A stretch of 64,000 bases of DNA from an uncultured Ferruginibacter sp. (GTDB lineage Bacteria > Bacteroidota > Bacteroidia > Chitinophagales > Chitinophagaceae). The translations under genes and the position numbers were made by a program. Under the pieces are notes generated by a model that saw only the letters and a list, made by a program, of their open reading frames with translations, searched no databases and had not been told where the DNA came from. The DNA lies in contig CAZYKA010000002.1 of NCBI GenBank assembly GCA_964647915.1, positions 29,822-93,821 of the forward strand, given 5' to 3'. This document shows, piece by piece, positions 39,490 to 48,956 of this stretch (its first letter is position 1; every line of letters starts with the position of its first letter).

Positions 39490-40629
39490 TTAAAGCCGGG
39501 TTTGCAATCGTATCAGCATCTCCGATTTCCAGGAATAAAAGGTCCCATTTATTATCTTTTCCCTTGCCTCCTTAGCTAGCCAGCAATAAAATGCCAGGTT
39601 ATGAATACTGGCAATCGTAAGGCCCAGGTATTCTTTCGATTTAAACAGGTGCCTTAGGTAGGCTTTACTATAATATTGGCTTACTTCACAATCGAGCCCT
39701 TCGTCAATTACAGAAAAATCGTTTTCCCATTTCTTGTTATCAATATTCACAATCCCGCTGGTAGTAAACAACATGGCATTTCGGCCATTGCGTGTGGGCA
39801 TCACACAATCAAACATATCTACGCCCATGGCAATTCCCTCCAGGATATTCCAGGGTGTTCCAACTCCCATCAGGTATCGGGGTTTATCCGGGGGAAGTTG
39901 TTCGCAGCATTGGGCGCATATTTCATACATTTTCTCTAATGGTTCGCCTACGCTTAATCCTCCAATTGCATTCCCGGTAGCATTAATTTCTGTTACATAC
40001 GCGCAGGAGGCTTTTCGCAAATCAGGATGAATGCCGCCCTGAACAATCGGGAACAGGTTTTGGCTATATCCATATAAATCCTGTGTGGCATTAAATTGTT
40101 TAAAGCAACGGGCGAGCCATCGATGGGTCAATTCCATCGAATCCTTTGCATATTTATACTCACTTCCCCCAGGAGGGCATTCATCAAATGCCATCATGAT
40201 ATCACCTCCTATTTGTCTTTCAATATCCATTACTTTTTCTGGTGTAAACAGATGGCGGCTACCATCAATATGCGATTGGAATAGCACGCCCTCCTCTGTT
40301 ATCTTCCGGGTGCCCGAAAGGGAAAAAACCTGGAAGCCCCCGCTATCAGTCAGGATCGGTTTTGGCCATCCATTAAACTGATGCAACCCGCCTGCCTGTT
40401 GTAGCACCCGGGTACCCGGCCTAAGATACAGATGATATGTATTGCCAAGAATGACCTGTGCCTTTACATCATTCAATAATTGTTGCTGGGTTACCGCCTT
40501 TACAGTTCCGGCAGTGCCTACGGGCATAAAAACCGGAGTTAGAATTTCGCCATGATCCGTTTTAATAACACCGGCCCTTGCTCTAGCGGGTAAAGCCGGG
40601 GTGACGGTATGAAATTGTAATGCTGCCAT
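39490..40629 (-). CDS. tgt: Queuine tRNA-ribosyltransferase
   Basis: TPVFMPVGT, NTYHL, TDSGGFQ, FDCVMPTRNGR; TATCTTTG box at 40640-40647. Confidence 0.98.
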   Translation of the reverse strand: MAALQFHTVTPALPARARAGVIKTDHGEILTPVFMPVGTAGTVKAVTQQQLLNDVKAQVILGNTYHLYLRPGTRVLQQAGGLHQFNGWPKPILTDSGGFQVFSLSGTRKITEEGVLFQSHIDGSRHLFTPEKVMDIERQIGGDIMMAFDECPPGGSEYKYAKDSMELTHRWLARCFKQFNATQDLYGYSQNLFPIVQGGIHPDLRKASCAYVTEINATGNAIGGLSVGEPLEKMYEICAQCCEQLPPDKPRYLMGVGTPWNILEGIAMGVDMFDCVMPTRNGRNAMLFTTSGIVNIDNKKWENDFSVIDEGLDCEVSQYYSKAYLRHLFKSKEYLGLTIASIHNLAFYCWLAKEAREKIINGTFYSWKSEMLIRLQTRL

Positions 40630-40713
40630 ACTGAATCAGCAAAGATAAAAGTTGAAAGCGATTGGCTGCACTCAAAAGTGGGTAGTGCAAATGTTTCGAT
40701 TACTTTTGTGCCC

Positions 40714-41850
40714 ATGTACTTATATGATTATTGGCTCACCTATTGGAAAGCGGGTGTATTATATTTTTTTATTGTCATTTCTTTAATCCAGGTGTTTTAT
40801 TATCTTTTCTTTTTTTTAAGGCTTGCCTTTTACAAGGAAAAGAAACGTGAAAATTCGCGTACCAACGCCGTAAGTGTAGTTATATGTGCGCGCGATGAAG
40901 CCAACAATATTATGAAGAACCTGCCTGGTGTTTTAGTACAGGATTATAAAACAACGCATGAAGTAATTGTAGTGAACGATAATTCGTACGATGAAAGCAA
41001 ATACCTGCTGGAAGAACTACAAAAATCTTTCAGGCAATTACGGATTGTTGAATTGACGCAGGAAGCCAAAATGATCCCTGGCAAGAAATTTCCGCTGGGT
41101 ATTGGGATTAAATCTGCAAAATTTGAAATATTACTCCTTACCGATGCGGATTGTATACCAGCCTCCGAATTCTGGATTGAGAATATGCAATCCGTGTATG
41201 ATGACCAAACCGAAATCGTGCTGGGATATGGGGCATTTCACAAGAAAGCGGGCTTTTTCAATAAACTCATAAGATGGGAAACCTTTCATTCGGCCCTGCA
41301 ATATTTCAGTTATGCCCTTGCCCGTATTCCTTATATGGGGGTGGGAAGAAATCTCAGTTATAAAAAAACCGTTTTCTACAGGCACAAAGGATTCTCCTCC
41401 CTTAACCATACCCCGGGAGGGGATGATGACCTTTTTATCAATATGGCGGCAAACGGGAAAAATACAAAAATCAATATCCATCCGGATAGTTTCACCCTGA
41501 GTGATGCACCTTCCACCTGGGGCCAATGGAGAAAACAAAAAAAGAGACACTACAGCACCAGCCGGTATTACAAGGGGAAACATAAATTCCTGCTTGGATT
41601 ATATTCTTTTACCCAATTCCTATTTTATCCTTCTTTTTTCCTGGTCCTGTTATTGGTAAACTGGGAATGGGGCCTGGCTATTTTTGGAATACGACTGGTT
41701 TTTCTGGCAACGGTCATGTTTCTAACAACTAAAAAACTGAACGAAAAAGACCTGTTTCCGTGGTTTTTTATTTTCGATATTTGGATGTTTTTCTATTACC
41801 TGATTTTTGCACCTGCCCTCTTTAAAAAGCCGGCATCCACCTGGAAATAA
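40714..41850 (+). CDS. Membrane glycosyltransferase family 2
   Basis: VICARDE, VNDNS, TDAD, GDDD, QKKRH (QxxRW-like), flanking TM helices; start after TACTTTTG box 40701-40708. Confidence 0.9.
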   Translation: MYLYDYWLTYWKAGVLYFFIVISLIQVFYYLFFFLRLAFYKEKKRENSRTNAVSVVICARDEANNIMKNLPGVLVQDYKTTHEVIVVNDNSYDESKYLLEELQKSFRQLRIVELTQEAKMIPGKKFPLGIGIKSAKFEILLLTDADCIPASEFWIENMQSVYDDQTEIVLGYGAFHKKAGFFNKLIRWETFHSALQYFSYALARIPYMGVGRNLSYKKTVFYRHKGFSSLNHTPGGDDDLFINMAANGKNTKINIHPDSFTLSDAPSTWGQWRKQKKRHYSTSRYYKGKHKFLLGLYSFTQFLFYPSFFLVLLLVNWEWGLAIFGIRLVFLATVMFLTTKKLNEKDLFPWFFIFDIWMFFYYLIFAPALFKKPASTWK

Positions 41851-42476
41851 TGGAAAATCTTATTACAAACTATTTTTCTGAATTTAATGAAACGCAGGTA
41901 AAGCAATTTGGCATGCTGAAAGCGTTGTATGCGGATTGGAATAATAAGATAAATGTTATCAGCCGAAAGGATATGGACAATTTTTACCTGCACCACGTCT
42001 TACATTCACTCGCGATTGCGGCTGAATTCGAATTCCTGGAAAATATGAAGGTGGTTGACCTCGGCACCGGAGGTGGATTTCCTGGTATTCCTTTAGCAAT
42101 TTTCTTTCCGGGCACCTCCTTTCACCTGGTCGACAGCATCAATAAGAAACTAAATGTAGTAAAGGAAGTTGTTATCGCCCTCGGATTACAGAATGTAACG
42201 GTTCAGCATACCCGCGTGGAGGATTTAAGGAAACCGGCATACGATGTGGTGGTTTCGAGAGCAGTGGCGCCACTTAAAGACTTATGGCGTTGGAGTAAAC
42301 CCATCCTCCGAAAATCGGGAACAAATCCCAATGGGCTGATATGCCTGAAGGGTGGCGATCTTAGTACAGAAATTTTTGAAAGCGGATGCAAACCTTTTGT
42401 TTGGGAAGTAGATAAATTTTTCCCCCAGCCATACTTCCATGAAAAATACCTGATTTACCAACCATTAAAAAAATAG
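41850..42476 (+). CDS. rsmG: 16S rRNA m7G527 methyltransferase
   Basis: WNNKINVIS, HVLHSL, DLGTGGGFPGIP, VSRAV, LKG. Confidence 0.97.
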   Translation: MENLITNYFSEFNETQVKQFGMLKALYADWNNKINVISRKDMDNFYLHHVLHSLAIAAEFEFLENMKVVDLGTGGGFPGIPLAIFFPGTSFHLVDSINKKLNVVKEVVIALGLQNVTVQHTRVEDLRKPAYDVVVSRAVAPLKDLWRWSKPILRKSGTNPNGLICLKGGDLSTEIFESGCKPFVWEVDKFFPQPYFHEKYLIYQPLKK

Positions 42477-42603
42477 GACGGCTTTCACTGGTACCCTGGC
42501 TGGCCAGCCGGGAGCCCTAAAAACATTTCTTCTTCCATTCGGTCCATAATTTTGACCTTAGTAAGGTTGAAAGTACGGCTGGTTCCTGATAAGAATTTCT
42601 TGC

Positions 42604-44460
42604 CTACCAATTCAATGACAGCTTATTGTTCTTCCTGTTAATGTCGGCCATCCTCCCCGTTGGATCAATTTCTATGGAAACAATATTGGTCAAATTACCC
42701 GGCACTGCCACCACATAGGTGCGGTAAACAAATCCCCAGGGTTGATGGGTTATAAAAGGATATGCCACAGCTGCATCAGACGTTTTCGCAGCAAAAGTGA
42801 GGTTTGTAGGAATATAATGCAATGTCCGTTCTCCATTTTTGAATTCAATGGAAAGATCAATCGGCATGGGGAATTCGCCCAGGTTGCTAAGCCGGATCAT
42901 GGTACTGTCGTTTTTTTCCCACAGGCTGTCAATCGCATAATCGGTAAGTTTTGTGGTGTACAGCATCAGATCTTTGTACCATTTCAATTCCATTCCACTT
43001 ACTTTTTCGGCCACCCGGGTAAAATCCGCTGGTGTGGGATGTTTAAACCGCCACTTATTATAATAGGCTTTCAGAATCTTATCCATCACCGGTTCGCCCA
43101 CAATATATCCCAACTGGCGAAGGAATACGGAGCCCTTATAATAGGAGTTGATATTATAGGCAAGGTTGGTTTCAAAAAAATTAGCAGGCGTGCTCATGGG
43201 TTCATTGAAGGCAGATTTGGCAAGCATAAAATACATCGGGTATTCGCCGGGGTTAGCAAAGAAATCTGTTTTTCGCAACCAGCTCAATACGCGGGCCTCG
43301 GCATAATCCGTAAACCCTTCATCCAGCCAGGCATAGGCATTTTCATTAGAGCCCATCATCATCTGGTACCAGCTATGACACCATTCATGTACAATGGTTT
43401 CAAATGAATTATTCCTAACCAGGGTTGCCATGGGGTATTCTGTACCACCACCACCGCCTTGTATCACCGAATAACAAGGATAAGGGTATGCGCCAAAAGT
43501 TTTCGCCATATAGGGATAGAGGATGGCGCAGGTATCTGCCACCTGTTGCCATTTCTTCTCCTGGGTAGAATCTATTTTATAAATAAAATGCAAAAGCGGT
43601 CCATTGCCTGTTTTGCGGGTAATATGTTTATAGGAGGGATCCGCACCCCAAACAAAATCGTGAACATTCTTTGCAGCAAACTTCCAGGTGCGTAGTGCGG
43701 CATTTATGGGCTTTAATGCGGTGCCCTCCTTATCGTATCCCCACCCTATTTCAGCGGCATTCTGAAGTACCCCTGTTGCACCCAGTTTATACTCCTTGTT
43801 AAGGGTAATATTCACATTATAATCCCCCCAAACCCCGTAAAATTCCCGGCTAATATAGTCATCGGCATGCCACCCCTCCTGGTCGTACTCGGCCAGTTTG
43901 GGATACCATTGGCCCATGCTGTACCGCACACCTTCATCACTATCGCGGCCACTTCTCCTTGAAAGTTTGGGTACCTGTTCTGTAAATTCAAGTTGGTAAT
44001 GGAGAGTAGCTTTGGGATGTAACGGTTTCTCCAATTGTACTTCCAAAATGGTTTCATGTTCAGTAATTTTCTGTTGTTTACCACCCACTAAAAACTTTGT
44101 TACGTGGCAGTACCCCTCTTCACCGGGTGTCATTTCCACAATGCGTTTTTTAAACCGACGGTCGTAATCGGTCACATCCTTTCCGGATCTATCCTTTCCA
44201 ACCACCAGGTTCTCCGTACTTCGACTGCTTACATCCATCATGCTCCCCGGTCTGAATGCATTAAAGTATAAATGAATAAACAATTTATCCAGGGTATCCG
44301 GCGAATTGTTGGTATACGCCACCGATTGTTTTCCGCTAAGGATATTCGTATTCACATCTAAATAGACATCCATATTGTACTTTATCGACTGTTGCCAATT
44401 GGCGGCCTGGCCTAAAGCCATTATCGGAAATGCAAAAAATACAAAGAGAAATTTCTTCAT
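42604..44460 (-). CDS. Secreted M1-family metallo-aminopeptidase
   Basis: Signal peptide; GGTEYP, HEWCH...WLDEG, YYKG. Confidence 0.93.
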   Translation of the reverse strand: MKKFLFVFFAFPIMALGQAANWQQSIKYNMDVYLDVNTNILSGKQSVAYTNNSPDTLDKLFIHLYFNAFRPGSMMDVSSRSTENLVVGKDRSGKDVTDYDRRFKKRIVEMTPGEEGYCHVTKFLVGGKQQKITEHETILEVQLEKPLHPKATLHYQLEFTEQVPKLSRRSGRDSDEGVRYSMGQWYPKLAEYDQEGWHADDYISREFYGVWGDYNVNITLNKEYKLGATGVLQNAAEIGWGYDKEGTALKPINAALRTWKFAAKNVHDFVWGADPSYKHITRKTGNGPLLHFIYKIDSTQEKKWQQVADTCAILYPYMAKTFGAYPYPCYSVIQGGGGGTEYPMATLVRNNSFETIVHEWCHSWYQMMMGSNENAYAWLDEGFTDYAEARVLSWLRKTDFFANPGEYPMYFMLAKSAFNEPMSTPANFFETNLAYNINSYYKGSVFLRQLGYIVGEPVMDKILKAYYNKWRFKHPTPADFTRVAEKVSGMELKWYKDLMLYTTKLTDYAIDSLWEKNDSTMIRLSNLGEFPMPIDLSIEFKNGERTLHYIPTNLTFAAKTSDAAVAYPFITHQPWGFVYRTYVVAVPGNLTNIVSIEIDPTGRMADINRKNNKLSLNW

Positions 44461-44466
44461 GAGGAA

Positions 44467-45612
44467 TTATTCGGCTAATAGCCGGTTATTAAATTGAACA
44501 ATAAGTGAAACCAGGTCGGCCTGCTCATTCAAAGGCAGAGTAGCTGCTTTGTCATTCACATCGTGATATGCCTGAATACCACCCAGTGTGTAAAAGAAAA
44601 AAGAAGGAACACCGGCTTCGGTAAAAAAGTAATGATCGCTGTTGGCCGCTTTTCCACGCGGATTAACCGCTTTCAACAAATGTAAATCCGTATTCACAGA
44701 TTGCATTAAAGAAAACTCGCGGGGATATTCGGTGGCGTTCACTACGGTAATTCCGTCTTCTCCGGTGCCTGCCAGGTCGGTATTTATGAGGAACCTGATA
44801 TGGGAAAGTGGAATCAGTGGATGTTGAACAAAATATTGTGAACCGATAAGGCCAGCTTCTTCCCCCGCAAAGCAAATAAAGCCCATACTGTATTTTGCAG
44901 GATGTGCCGCATAATACTTTGCCAATTGTAACAGAAGGGCCACCCCGCTGGCATTATCGTTTGCGCCCGGAAAAAAAACATGCTTACCCATACCGCCCAG
45001 GTGGTCATAATGTGCGGTAATAAAAAGGAAGGAATCCGGCTTTTCGGTACCCGGCACCATGCCGCAAATATTATCGGCCTTAAAATTGGGTTCGAGGTCT
45101 GCGTCTATCCGTACATGGTATGAAGAGGCGGACGGTACCCGTTGGCGATTCACCTGCACCATGGCATAACCCGCCTGCTCAGTAGCCACACTCCAGGTAA
45201 GCTTATCCTTAAGTTCTATCACAAAATTATGCTGGGGATCAGCAAAATGAATGCTGTCAATTTTTATCAGGTTTCCTTTTGCTTTTATTCCCTTACTTTC
45301 CGGAGCCACAATAAAGTCAACTCCTGGTTCTAATACCACTCCGTCAATCCTTAATTCCATTTTACCGGGAAAGGTATTTGCAGGATATGAAAATCCTTGC
45401 AGGAAGGAACTTCCATTCAACGGCTTTAGGCCGGTTTCCTTAAACTGATCAGTCAGGAAACCGGCTGCATTATGCATCCCGTTCCGGGTATAACCCCGGC
45501 CCCAAAATGCAGATGAGCTGAGGGTATCAACTATTTCCCGGGCAAATGCAGGAACCTGAGCTTGTGCGCAAAAGCTTAATCCGGAAAAGATAAAGAGAAA
45601 AAGTCCTTTCAT
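44467..45612 (-). CDS. Secreted M28-family metallopeptidase
   Basis: TAHYDH, GANDNASG, GEEAGLIGS, SDH, YH. Confidence 0.93.
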   Translation of the reverse strand: MKGLFLFIFSGLSFCAQAQVPAFAREIVDTLSSSAFWGRGYTRNGMHNAAGFLTDQFKETGLKPLNGSSFLQGFSYPANTFPGKMELRIDGVVLEPGVDFIVAPESKGIKAKGNLIKIDSIHFADPQHNFVIELKDKLTWSVATEQAGYAMVQVNRQRVPSASSYHVRIDADLEPNFKADNICGMVPGTEKPDSFLFITAHYDHLGGMGKHVFFPGANDNASGVALLLQLAKYYAAHPAKYSMGFICFAGEEAGLIGSQYFVQHPLIPLSHIRFLINTDLAGTGEDGITVVNATEYPREFSLMQSVNTDLHLLKAVNPRGKAANSDHYFFTEAGVPSFFFYTLGGIQAYHDVNDKAATLPLNEQADLVSLIVQFNNRLLAE

Positions 45613-45687
45613 GAAGTGCGAAAATATTACTAAAGTAGATATGGAAACTTAAATTATAATTATGCTAACAGGATAAATCCGGCTGCA

Positions 45688-46353
45688 TTATCCTTTTCCA
45701 CCCACAACCACTACAATTTCTCCTTTGGGGGGATGTTGTTCAAAATGTTGCATCACCTCAGCGAGTGTGCCTCTAACATTCTCTTCAAATTTCTTGCTGA
45801 GTTCGCGGCTTACAGAACAAGGTCTTTCTCCGCCGAAATATTCTATAAAATTTTTAAGCGTCTTAAAAAGCCGAATGGGGCTTTCATAAAAAATCAGGGT
45901 ACGTTCTTCCTCCGCGAGTTTTTTCAATAACGTTTGCCTTCCCTTTTTTAATGGAATGAAACCCTCAAAGCAAAACCGATTGGCGGGAAGCCCGCTGTTA
46001 ATCAGGGCAGGAACAAATGCCGTAGCACCCGGAAGGCACTCCACTTTAATTTGATGTCGCACACATTCCCGCACCAGTAAAAATGCAGGGTCACTAATCC
46101 CGGGTGTTCCGGCATCGGTAATTACTGCCATGGTTTTGCCAGACAACAATTGATCAACCAGGTGTGGCAGAACTTTATGTTCATTGTGCTGATGATAGGG
46201 TGAAACAGGCTTGTTTATGCCATAATGCGCCAATAGAACCGAGGAGGTTCGGGTATCTTCTGCAAGAATAAGGTCGGTAGATTTCAATACCTCCACAGCG
46301 CGGAAAGTAAAATCGGATAAATTACCTATTGGGGTTGGAACCAGGTATAGCAT
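45688..46353 (-). CDS. rsmI: 16S rRNA C1402 2'-O-methyltransferase
   Basis: VPTPIGNL, AEDTR, DAGTPGISDP, FYESP.R, RELSK.FEE. Confidence 0.97.
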   Translation of the reverse strand: MLYLVPTPIGNLSDFTFRAVEVLKSTDLILAEDTRTSSVLLAHYGINKPVSPYHQHNEHKVLPHLVDQLLSGKTMAVITDAGTPGISDPAFLLVRECVRHQIKVECLPGATAFVPALINSGLPANRFCFEGFIPLKKGRQTLLKKLAEEERTLIFYESPIRLFKTLKNFIEYFGGERPCSVSRELSKKFEENVRGTLAEVMQHFEQHPPKGEIVVVVGGKG

Positions 46354-46369
46354 ATCAGTCCCGGGTTAA

Positions 46370-46615
46370 TCAGGCAATATTAACTTCAAAGATTTCCATC
46401 ACCGGGTTTGCAAGAAATTTTTTCGCTGCTTCGCTGGCCAGTTGAAATGCAGCCTCTTTATTGCCGGCTTCAATTTGCAATTCAATGTATTTACCAATCC
46501 GCACATCGTGCACCTGGTCAAAACCAAGTAATTGCAGCCCACCCAAAACAGCCTTGCCCTGTGGATCGAGCAAATCTTTGAGGGGGATTACTTTAACCTG
46601 TGCCGTAAACAACAT
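46370..46615 (-). CDS. purS: FGAM synthase subunit PurS
   Basis: LLDPQGKAV, VRIGK.IEL, LANPVME. Confidence 0.95.
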   Translation of the reverse strand: MLFTAQVKVIPLKDLLDPQGKAVLGGLQLLGFDQVHDVRIGKYIELQIEAGNKEAAFQLASEAAKKFLANPVMEIFEVNIA

Positions 46616-46616
46616 A

Positions 46617-47378
46617 TTATTTCTTTTTGAATAACAAAGATAGGATAATGTATGCGGTGAATATGAGAGGTACCGCTAACCAATTAAGCAAAACGGCAGA
46701 AAGGATAGCAATAACAATCAGCAATACCTGGGGAAGATTATTTTTTACATTCAGGTTTTTGAATTTTAATGCCATCATGGGAAGGTTCGACACCATCAGC
46801 CAGGATAAAATAAGCGTTATGCCATAGAGGAACCATTTATTGACCAACAGGTTCACGATAAATTCGGAGGGCATAAACCAATAAATTAAAGGGAAAGAAG
46901 CCACCAGCAAACCAACTGCCGGCACCGGAACGCCCTTAAAACTATACTGCTGTGAATTGTCGATATTAAACCGGGCCAGCCGGTATGCTGCTGCAGCAGC
47001 CAGGATAAAAGCAGGGGCCAGCACCCAGACACTAATATTGATCCCGTTCACTTCATGCGCATAGCTAAGCCGCAAAAATTGATAAATAATCATAGAGGGC
47101 GCTACTCCAAAACTAACTATATCGGCAAGTGAATCGAGTTGCTTCCCCATTTCCGAAGTTGCCCCTAAGAGCCTGGCTACAAATCCGTCAAGAAAATCGA
47201 CCAGGGCCGCCAGGCCGATAAAAAGAGAGGCGAGCCAGATTTTCTCGGGTATATCTATATACATACCCGTATCGGGTCCGCTGTATTGTATTGTTATACC
47301 ATTTTGTAAAATGGCAACAATAGCGAGACATCCAAAAATCAGGTTCAGGAGGGTAAACAAATTGGGTACCTGTTTCAT
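46617..47378 (-). CDS. pssA: CDP-alcohol phosphatidyltransferase (phosphatidylserine synthase-like)
   Basis: DFLDGFVAR...GKQLDSLAD.VSFGVAP, RLARFN. Confidence 0.88.
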   Translation of the reverse strand: MKQVPNLFTLLNLIFGCLAIVAILQNGITIQYSGPDTGMYIDIPEKIWLASLFIGLAALVDFLDGFVARLLGATSEMGKQLDSLADIVSFGVAPSMIIYQFLRLSYAHEVNGINISVWVLAPAFILAAAAAYRLARFNIDNSQQYSFKGVPVPAVGLLVASFPLIYWFMPSEFIVNLLVNKWFLYGITLILSWLMVSNLPMMALKFKNLNVKNNLPQVLLIVIAILSAVLLNWLAVPLIFTAYIILSLLFKKK

Positions 47379-47398
47379 GCAGGAATAAATTGCTGGGT

Positions 47399-48691
47399 TT
47401 ATTGTTTTTTCATACAGGCTTCAATCTCTTCCACCGTAATTGGAATATTCTTCATCAGATCTTTATTTCCATTACGGGTAATCCAGAAATTATTTTCGAT
47501 GCGTACACCCATTTTTTCTTCTTCAATATAAATCCCCGGTTCGATAGTAAATACCATTCCTGGTTTTATGGGTTCAGTTCGGGTTCCCAAATCGTGTACA
47601 TCAATTCCTAAATGGTGTGAAATCCCATGATAAAGATATTTGCGGTAGGCCCGGTTTTGAGGATCTTCATTTTTAATATCTGATTTTTTTAGTAATCCGA
47701 TTTTTTGAAAGACCTGTGTGGCCTCATCACCCACTTTATCGGTATAATCAACAATGGATATCCCCGGTTTCAGGATGCTTGCGGCATAATGATGAAGATG
47801 GAGGCATGCATTATAAACCGTTTTTTGCCTACGTCCGAATTTTCCATTAACCGGAACGGTGCGGGAGAGATCGGCATTATAATTTCCATATTCAGCGCCA
47901 AAATCCATTAGTAATAATTCTCCGTCTTTACATTCCTGGTTGTTTTCCACATAATGCAATACCCGGGCTCTGTCGCCACTGGCAATGATGGAAGAATATC
48001 CGGGGCCGGAGGAGCGCTGACTAAGAAAGGAGTGATAAATCTCTGCTTCAATTTCGTACTCCATCACTCCGGGTCGAATAAATTTCATGACCCTGCGGAA
48101 CGTATTATCGGTAATATCAATAGCCCGTTGCATCACTTCAATTTCCAGGGTAGATTTAATAGAGCGCAGGCGTTTAAGTATGAGGGCGCTCCTTAAATAA
48201 GTATGCAATGGGTATCGTTTACGCATTTCCTTTGCATACCGGTAGTCGCGTACGGGAACAAAGTTGGATTTCCGGTCGTTTTCGTTTGTATTCAGATAGA
48301 TATTATCAGCAAGGTGAATCCAGGGTTGGAGTAATCCATCCAGGGAATCTAACCATACAATTGTTTGCAAACCGCTTATGGCCTGGCCTTCTGCCCGGGT
48401 AAGGCGGTGACCATCCCATTTTTCTTTTAGTTCATTGGGGCGAACCAGTACAAGCACTTCCCTGTATTGGGGATCAGGATTACCCGGAAAGAGAATGAGC
48501 ATCGAATCTTCCTGGGTGATCCCGGTAAGCCAGAAAAGATCGGAGTTCTGCTTAAATGGATACAACGCATCGCCATTAGCAGGCAGTTCATCGTTGCTAT
48601 TAAAAATAGCTATTGATCCGGGCTTCATTTCAGCCACAAACCGCTTCCGGTTTGAAATGAAAATTTCGGGGTTTAGGGGGAGATATCGCAT
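47399..48691 (-). CDS. pepP: Xaa-Pro aminopeptidase (M24B)
   Basis: LHY, DFGAEY..YNADLSRT, HHLGIDVHD, TIEPGIY, GVRIE. Confidence 0.93.
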   Translation of the reverse strand: MRYLPLNPEIFISNRKRFVAEMKPGSIAIFNSNDELPANGDALYPFKQNSDLFWLTGITQEDSMLILFPGNPDPQYREVLVLVRPNELKEKWDGHRLTRAEGQAISGLQTIVWLDSLDGLLQPWIHLADNIYLNTNENDRKSNFVPVRDYRYAKEMRKRYPLHTYLRSALILKRLRSIKSTLEIEVMQRAIDITDNTFRRVMKFIRPGVMEYEIEAEIYHSFLSQRSSGPGYSSIIASGDRARVLHYVENNQECKDGELLLMDFGAEYGNYNADLSRTVPVNGKFGRRQKTVYNACLHLHHYAASILKPGISIVDYTDKVGDEATQVFQKIGLLKKSDIKNEDPQNRAYRKYLYHGISHHLGIDVHDLGTRTEPIKPGMVFTIEPGIYIEEEKMGVRIENNFWITRNGNKDLMKNIPITVEEIEACMKKQ

Positions 48692-48956
48692 AATCAGATA
48701 TTTATTTTCTTTTCAGGCTCTGCAATTTACATGATTCAATGGCTTCCCGGCGGTTTCAATTTATTCGACCGCTTCTTTAAATGAGATTCAAGGATTTTAG
48801 AAAAAACTTAGTAAAACCATTGATTATTCCTTAATGATTACAATTTTATTAAAAAACAGGCCGAATTAAATCCAGTATTTAATCATTATTGTGTCCCAAA
48901 TTACACTAATAATTCATGTCGATATTACCTTTGCGGAACAAAATAAAACGATTGCT

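Noticed and set aside
42485..42547. 20-aa minus-strand ORF MDRMEEEMFLGLPAGQPGYQ and palindrome GGCTGGCCAGCC
   Set aside because: No support beyond an A-rich start context; the palindrome is more simply a hairpin between convergent genes.
42742..43407. Long antisense ORFs (221 aa here; also 51259-51855, 56199-56771, 35038-35577 and others)
   Set aside because: Shadow frames opposite well-supported genes, with no motifs of their own.
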